Shown here one piece after another: positions 52,645 through 59,957 of a DNA stretch of 59,957 bases (the stretch's first letter is position 1; each line of letters begins with the position of its first letter). Origin of the DNA: Proteromonas lacertae (Eukaryota); the NCBI GenBank assembly GCA_002245135.1, contig NGBS01000602.1, forward strand, positions 62,001 to 121,957. Direction: 5' to 3'. Below the pieces are notes generated by a model. That model was given only the letters and a program-made list of their open reading frames with translations. It searched no databases and was not told the origin of the DNA. The position numbers were made by a program, and so were the translations under genes.

Positions 52645-53473
52645 AACGCTATATTGTAATATGTATATGTATTGCTTTTTCAGATTATATCAAATGTTGT
52701 ATGATCGATTATTACAAGTGAAAGAATGTAGTAAGAATAGAAAAGTAGATGAGAATTCTAGAAGTATATATATTTTTTATTATATTATAGTTGAAGAGCA
52801 AGTATTATTCAAATTACATGATAGAAATAGCAGCAGATTATTATATGAAGATTATTTAACTTATTTGTATGGTTTAATTGATGAATCTTATGAAAATCAA
52901 CAAGTAGTTGATGAATGTAGAGGTTTATTTGGCTTAGAATGTAATAAAATCGGCATGTTTGATCGATTATTAACGCAATTCTTAAAACATTTAAAATACT
53001 TCTCATCTGATGAAATGTGCTTGAAACTTCGAGCTTTACATTATCATGAATACAATAAAGAATCATTCAATATTACATCATATCAATCTAATGTATTATA
53101 TCTATTAAGTGAATTAAAAGGAGATTGTATTAGAATTGATTTTTGTAGAGAAAATGAAAATAGTTATGAATGTTGGACTAATACAAGATATTGGTATGTT
53201 GGTACGCCTTCACATAGTGATTCTAAGTTATATAAAAGAGAAGGTGATTCTGCATTGTTGCAACCATTAAAATCAATTATTAAAAAGATTGAAAATCCTA
53301 CTTTAGATACTGATGAGATTTCAATTCCATATTTGTTTAGAAATAAACGTGAAGGATTGAAAAGATCTGCGTATACACTTGTTGAAGATGGTTTACAATA
53401 TCAGAAAGATAGTTATGTAATGGGTTCTGAAGATTATATGGTGAGATTAAAGAAGAAGAGAAAAACTGATTAG
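52645..53473 (+). CDS. Sin3 co-repressor C-terminal domain only (5'-truncated fragment or stand-alone gene)
   Basis: YCFFRLYQMLYDRLLQVKE..YEDYLTYLYGLID..DECRGLFG..FDRLLTQFLKHL resembles Sin3a_C; no PAH/HID sequence upstream. Confidence 0.7.
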
Positions 53474-53569
53474 TTATGTTTATAAAAAAATATATAAAAT
53501 TACCTTTCTATTATATTAACAAGTAAATAAACAAACATATACTAATTGTTGTGTTGATTACTGGGAAAA

Positions 53570-55049
53570 TTAATCATTTTTCTGTCTAACTAAATAATAA
53601 TCTTTATTATTAACTTTATAATTGATTCTAATACACGGAGAGTAATAATTCATTCTTCCCAATATGAAATCTCTTAATGCCAAGCCTAATCCAACTGCTG
53701 GTACTACTTTCAATGTAGTTACTCCCAAACCGTGATAAAAACCTTTCCAACCAGCTTCTTTATAAATATATTTCACTAATTTAACGAATTTTGAAGGTAT
53801 GTCAATTTCTTGATATTGACTTTCTAAAAAGGCTGGATGAGACAATTGCATATTTCTTGATATTAAACCACAACATAATAACTTAGGAAATGAAGGTTCC
53901 CATAATTCAAAGGTTTTATATCTTAATAAATCTTGAAATGATTGTTGAATTGATACAAACATTCCAACTGATAATAATGAAGGAAACAAACCTTTATACA
54001 AGCCTTTAAAACCTTCTTCCATTCTTATAGTCTTAATTGCATTAATCATACCATCATAATACATCCTATTTCTGCCTTGTAATGCTAAACGAGATCTAAC
54101 TAAATCCATTGGATAAGTTATTAATGTGGCAGTTAAACCTGATAATCCACCACACAGTAATCTGATTGGTAGATTACTTTGACCATCTTTTATACCAAAT
54201 AATTTCAAATAAATTGCATAACTCCATGTTACACATCCATTAAATGGTATTACTTTTATACAATTGGTTAAATTACCTGCATATAATCCTCTTATTCCAT
54301 CTCTCAATAATATTTCACTAAAAACTGATTTGATTGGTTCTGAACCTGATATTTGTACATTTATTCTTATTACATCTAAAGGAGCAGTGATACAACGAGA
54401 AATTAACCCAGAAACAGCACCAGCAATAAAAGAATATGAATAAGAAGTTGGTACAACAGTTGGAACTCCCATGTCAAAATATCCTTCTAATACATCTCTT
54501 ATTTTAACAGAATTATTTAAAGAATATAAAGGTATTTTGTAGTAAGTGATTGGAAATTTAGTGAAAAATGTTAAAAATTCTTCTTTCGTTAAGAATGTGT
54601 TTGAATTCTTTTGAAATGGAAAAATGGTAGTGATTATGTTTCTCAAATCATTATGAGATATTGTCGATCCTACTGATTTTAGTAATGAGTATATCTGTGT
54701 ATCTGATACTACTCCTCTTTTCTTTGCATCTATTTCATCGTAAAGAACTGAAGCAAAAGATTGACGAATTAATGTTATATACTCATCATAATCTGTTTTT
54801 TCAGGAACATCAACTACTCCAATGTCTATTCCAGCAGATTTTAAAGATTCTGCTAATTCTTCTTTCGATAAATAACCATCACAATCTTCATCATGTTGTT
54901 CAAATATTTGCTCTATTCTTTCATCGGTAGATAAATACAGCCACCATCGTATTCTAAATCATATATATATTGCTATACATATATTTTTGTTGATTTGGTC
55001 TAAACTTATCTAACCAATTTAAATTTGTATATTTTGCTAGAATTGGCAT
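53570..55049 (-). CDS. EF-hand-containing mitochondrial carrier (SLC25, SCaMC/ATP-Mg:Pi-like); start uncertain
   Basis: IFEQHDEDCDGYLSKEEL EF-hand; carrier signatures TAPLDVIR, TYPMDLVRSRL, EEGFKGLYKGL. Confidence 0.85.
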
Positions 55050-55163
55050 CCAACTGTAAAGTTTATATGCAAAAGTATATATGCTACAAATTAGAATAAA
55101 GAATTATGTATTTAAATGGTAAATTTGACATTTTTACTTAGAGTAAGTTCTTTTTTGCATTCT

Positions 55164-56258
55164 ATGGAAGAAAGCACACAAACAATGCGACAAAGGAGCT
55201 TTGACTCCGAAAGAAATCCAGATGAAAATGTAGAATTTGCATCAATGAGAAAGCCTGAAATAGTATTTAAGTAGAATTAGATTGAATAGACATCTATCAA
55301 TGAGTTACAACCTGATCCATCCAAAGATAAAGGCAATATAATTCTATTATTAATATTATACACACTACAAGGAATTCCAATGGGACTTGCTGCTAGTATT
55401 CCGTTGATATTACAAAAGTATCATATAACATACACTGATCAAGCTGTATTTTCAAATGTATCTTGGCCTTACAGTATGAAGTTATTATGGGCTCCAATTG
55501 TTGATTCAGTATTTGTGAAATCTTATGGAAGAAGAAAGAGTTGGATAATTCCAGTCCAAATGATAGTGGGTTTATTATTAGTAATATACTCTTTCCGAAT
55601 CAATTCTTTACTAAATAACTCTGAAGGACCTTATATTTACACTTTAACAATTTTATTCTTTGTTTTATATTTTTTAGTTGCAACTCAAGTATAATTAATA
55701 TAATATAATATAATATATAATATATATATATGAAATAGGATATAGCAGTGGATGGATTAGCAATTTCAATTTTAAGACCCGAAAATAAAGGATATGCTTC
55801 AACAACAAATGCAATTGGTCAAACAGTTGGTTATTTTATTAGTTATGCTGTGTTTTTGGCATTTAATAACGCTGATTTCTGTGATTATTTCCGTTCAACT
55901 CCAATCCATAAAGTATAAATATAAATTTAATAATTTATAAATAAATAGCCATTTTTCGATTTATCTAGTTTTATGTTACTTTGTGGAGTTGTATTTATAA
56001 TAGTTACATTATTGGTAAGTGGAATGAAAGAAAAAGATGAAATAGAAAATGAGATTCCAAATGTGAAAGAAAGTTACAGTGAAATAATGGGAGTAATAAA
56101 ACTAAAGAATGTTTTAATATTGTCATTAGTGTTAGTGACATTTCGATTAGGTTTTTGTGTAGCTGAAGATGCATTTATGTTGAGATTAATTGAAATTGGT
56201 ATTCCTGAATATCATGTAGCAATGATTGGAGTGTTTTATTTTCCAATAGAAATATGTA

Positions 56259-56290
<32 letters not shown>

Positions 56291-56956
56291 ATAGTTATAA
56301 CAAGTTATGTAAGTAAATACACCTCTGGTCCAGAACCTTTCAAATATTTCTTATTTGGATATATATTAAGATTATTTATGAGTTTGAGTTATGTGATAAT
56401 TCTTCAAATAATGCCTAGTAGTGTAGTTAGTAGTTCACTTTGGAAATATTATATATTGATCTTACCATTTTTTATATTTCATCGAATAGCTTGTAATATA
56501 ATGTTTGTTAGTAAAGTATATATACTTATTATTTCTTCTATAATTTATAATAGATGGCATTTTTTGCGAAAGTATCTGATACTAGAATTGGTGGCACTTA
56601 TATGACATTATTAAACACTGTAGCTAATTTAGGAAATCAATGGAATTCTGCTCCAGGATTATATTTTCTTGATAAACTAACAATCAAATCTTGTCATTTG
56701 TATTATTACTATTATTATTATTATTATATATAGAAGTAATGGTGAAGTGAATGATTGTAAAGGTAAAATATTATATGATAATTGTATAAAGAATAATGGA
56801 AAATGTATAATGGAAAGAGATGGTTATTCAATTCTGAGTTATATGTGTTTTATATTTGGTTTATTATGGTATTATAAAATGAAAAATCCAATAAATGAAC
56901 TTCAAAAGAGTTCTGAAGAATCTTGGAGATGTAAGCAAACAGAAAAGAAATTATAG
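55164..56956 (+). CDS. SLC33A1: Acetyl-CoA transporter 1 (AT-1/Acatn, MFS), multi-exon
   Basis: LYTLQGIPMGL, WPYSMKLLWAPIVDS, GRRKSWIIPVQ, ATQ|DIAVDG, IGGTYMTLLNTVANLG, RDGY. Confidence 0.9.
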
Positions 56957-57084
56957 AAATGTATTTCTTAATTTTACTTAATATTTTATTATTATTATAT
57001 TGTATGTTTTTAATGAGGAAAGTAAATAATAATAAAAATAATAATTTATAAAATTTAAAAGAAATCAATTGATAATTCTTACTC

Positions 57085-59957
57085 ATTTAATTCATTTCCT
57101 GATTGATTTATCTTTCTTATAGAATAATAAACTTTCAATCTTTCTATAAAAGTATTTAATCCCTTTTCACTTAATTTAACATTAATACAACACACATTTC
57201 ACTTATCATATTACTTATATTATCGTAATTACTAAAGTGGATTGTTTATGATACTGCAGTTAATAAAAGAAGAATAAAATGAATATATTTATTTTTTATT
57301 AAGATTATTTAATATCATAAAAATTAATACTTCTTACTTTACTTCTTCTTTCATTCCATCAATTTTCATTATTTTAACAAATGAAAATGCATTTAAAAAT
57401 GATTTTAATACTGATTTATCAATATTTTCTTTTACTGTTATTGATAATTCTTCTAATCTATCAAAATCTCTATATTTTCTATCATCAATCTCAATTCTCT
57501 TTCATTTAATATATTTCCAGATAGATTAATATTATCTAACCATTTATGATCTTTTAAACTTTTTATTAACATTTTAAATCTTTTCTCACTCATTCCAATA
57601 TCTATAAAAATACACATATATATTATATTCTAATAATACTTGAAAGATTTAATCTTTCACAATCAATAAATATATATAAATTGTTACATATTATTTCCAT
57701 TTCTTTATCTCCAATTATATTATTATGTATGAAAATCTTTTTAAATCCATCTTTTCTCATAGACTTTATTAATTCTTTCAATCCTTTATAGCTTATGTGA
57801 TTATTGGATAAAATAAGAGCTTTATAATCAATCTTTTTAATTTTTGAAATATGAGAATCATTAATATTCATATCTATTAATTAGATATTACTATTATATA
57901 CTTGAAAAATCATGGTATCTATTATCATATCTTTTCTTTTTTATGCAATAGTTCAGATAATATTCCAATTCTTCATTTGTCCATGATGAACAGTTTATTT
58001 GAATGAATGGATATTCTTTTTTTTCTAAAGATTTTGAACATATTGTTTTTTAATCCATTCATTCTGATATTATTTCCATTTAAATAGATTGAACGGTAAT
58101 ATCTAATTGAGGGTATTTGGTTGGTTAACAGTATTACACTTTCATCATCTATTGAAATATTACTCAAATTCAACTCATCATAATATATTAATCTATTTAA
58201 ATTGTTTAATAACAGTTTCAATCCAACATTACCTATTGGATTGCCTATTAAACAACATTAAATATCAATAAATACTCTGAATGTGGTAATTTCGTACATT
58301 ACACACTACTTTCATGTAATTCATCAAAGACTCCATTCCAACTGAATCTATATTATTGTCACTAATATCAAGCAACCTTAACTTTTCAATCTTCTTTAAA
58401 CCATCTAATAAGTATTTTAATCCTAATGAAGATAATCCCATTTCTATTACATAACATTATATTATTATACTTGTACAATATAATCTCCAATCATCTTCAT
58501 AGTATTTTAATAAATCTAAGTGTGGAGATAATACTTTCATTCCTTCATCTCCTATTTCATTTCCATATAATTCAAGATATTTAAGGCTTGGTAATGAAGA
58601 CAAATTGTTAATCAGAATTTCTACACTTTTATATGTTAGTTTATTATCTAAATAATTGTAAAAATATCAAAATTATACTACTCAAATGTAATTTATTTAC
58701 TTTTTTCAACTCATTTGATCTTAATAAAATAAACGATTTGAAACAAACGTCATCTATTCCTAAATTGCTCAGATTTAGTATATACCAACCATCATCGTTG
58801 ATTATGATGTACTTCATCAACTCTGTAATTTCTTTATCAACAAGTAATTCTTTACTTTCATTAAAATTAAATTTTATCTTTGAAATAGGAAATTTGGAGA
58901 GTAATGCTTTAAATCCTTTTGAATGAATATTTCTATTACCTACAATATCTATTTTCTGAAGATTTGGATATCTATTCAATTCTTCTGATAATAATAGCAT
59001 CGATTCATCATTTAAATTCATTTTCCCAAGATTCAAAACATTATATTTGTTGATCAATAAATGTAAATATGGAAGTAATAATTTGAATCCATTTTCACCA
59101 ATTGGATTGCCTATTTTGAATTATAAAAACAGTGATTAATGTATACATGTTAAATCTACATATTTCAATTTCATGAATGGAATTGAATTTCACAAATGAT
59201 TCAACGAAATAATGAGTTAAATAACATTCCCTTATATCTAATATTTGTAGATTTAATAATTCTGAAAATAATGATCCAAACAAAGATTGATGTTGAATTT
59301 GAACTTTTATAAAATAACCTAATTATTATATAAATAGAAATTATTAAAAATATACTGAAAAATAATTTTGATGGATTGACAAACTTCATTATTCTAAAAA
59401 ATAACCAATTCCTTCTTCACAGAAACAAATATATTCTGAATCAATCCAGATTTTTCTTTATCATCTTTATCAAAGTGAATACTGAATATCTTTTCATCTA
59501 AATAACATTCTTTCTTTCTTTACATTGGTGATAAACTTGAAAATTCAGTTTATCTTCTATGAAATTATCTTTTTGTATAATTTTATCATCAATAATATTG
59601 CTAATATTCTTTCGCTTGTTTATGATTGTACGATTTCATTAAATCATATCCAATTCTAATCCTTTTATAATTCTCAAGATAAAATTCTTTAGGTAACAAT
59701 GTCACAATCTCAACATCATTATTGTATAACATTTCTTTACTATCTTTACACATCACTATACTATTATCATCATCTCTCAACATTTCACTCATTTTCATTA
59801 TCCCTTTATTCAGCTCTTTTAAACTCAGTCTATCTTCACTTCTCACTTTCAACACTCTTTCAATCATTTCTTTCATCAATTCATCACATTCTACATCAAT
59901 ACTGTATTTACATGTGAGAGTATTGTTTATTGTTTTCATTACATTATCATCTTCATT
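57085..59957 (-). pseudogene. Pseudokinase-LRR family copy with long LRR array; several frameshifts; 5' end outside the window
   Basis: Kinase C-lobe homologous to the other copies (CDELMKEMIERVLKVRSEDRLSLKEL) followed by RNI-type LRR exons; frame breaks near 59600 and 58000. The 3' limit is approximate. Confidence 0.7.

Noticed and set aside
53570..53660. Stop codon created by polyadenylation in the mitochondrial carrier
   Set aside because: An encoded TAA is present at 53570-53572; the atypical tail alone is not sufficient evidence.
1..59957. Reassigned stop codons as an explanation for fragmented ORFs
   Set aside because: Nearly all breaks in conserved genes are explained by short introns; TAA, TAG and TGA all end genes normally.
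1..59957. CRISPR array, rRNA, transposase, reverse transcriptase or viral genes
   Set aside because: No regularly spaced repeat-spacer array and no recognisable catalytic or structural motifs of these kinds were seen.

Overview
Very AT-rich (roughly 20-25% GC by eye), gene-dense eukaryotic nuclear DNA. It uses the standard genetic code and has many tiny GT-AG introns (about 26-45 nt, some lengthened by TA/TAT microsatellites). Tiny introns, AT-AC minor introns, BTB/Ig and kinase-LRR expansions and a secreted glycosidase are compatible with a Blastocystis-like gut stramenopile; this is inference, not proven. Conserved genes: U2SURP (5' partial), rotatin-like, SelS-like, tRNA-His, GNAT, ER DnaJ, SulP-STAS-cNMP transporter, alpha-N-acetylgalactosaminidase, EF-hand mitochondrial carrier and acetyl-CoA transporter. 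There are also two tandem triplets (EF-hand proteins; IQ/EF-hand/C2HC proteins). The region 36.6-60 kb is largely a rearranging accessory zone. It holds a Crinkler/RHS-type protein with two SPRY-like header repeats and two tandem NTPase+REase modules, a catalytically eroded paralog, several broken pseudokinase-LRR copies, and orphan Sin3, SEL1 and BTB fragments. The best leads are the doubled CR-type NTPase-nuclease system and three short U12-type introns (two AT-AC, one possible AT-AA). Several single-base frameshifts may be assembly errors. All gene models were built by eye and multi-exon boundaries are approximate.
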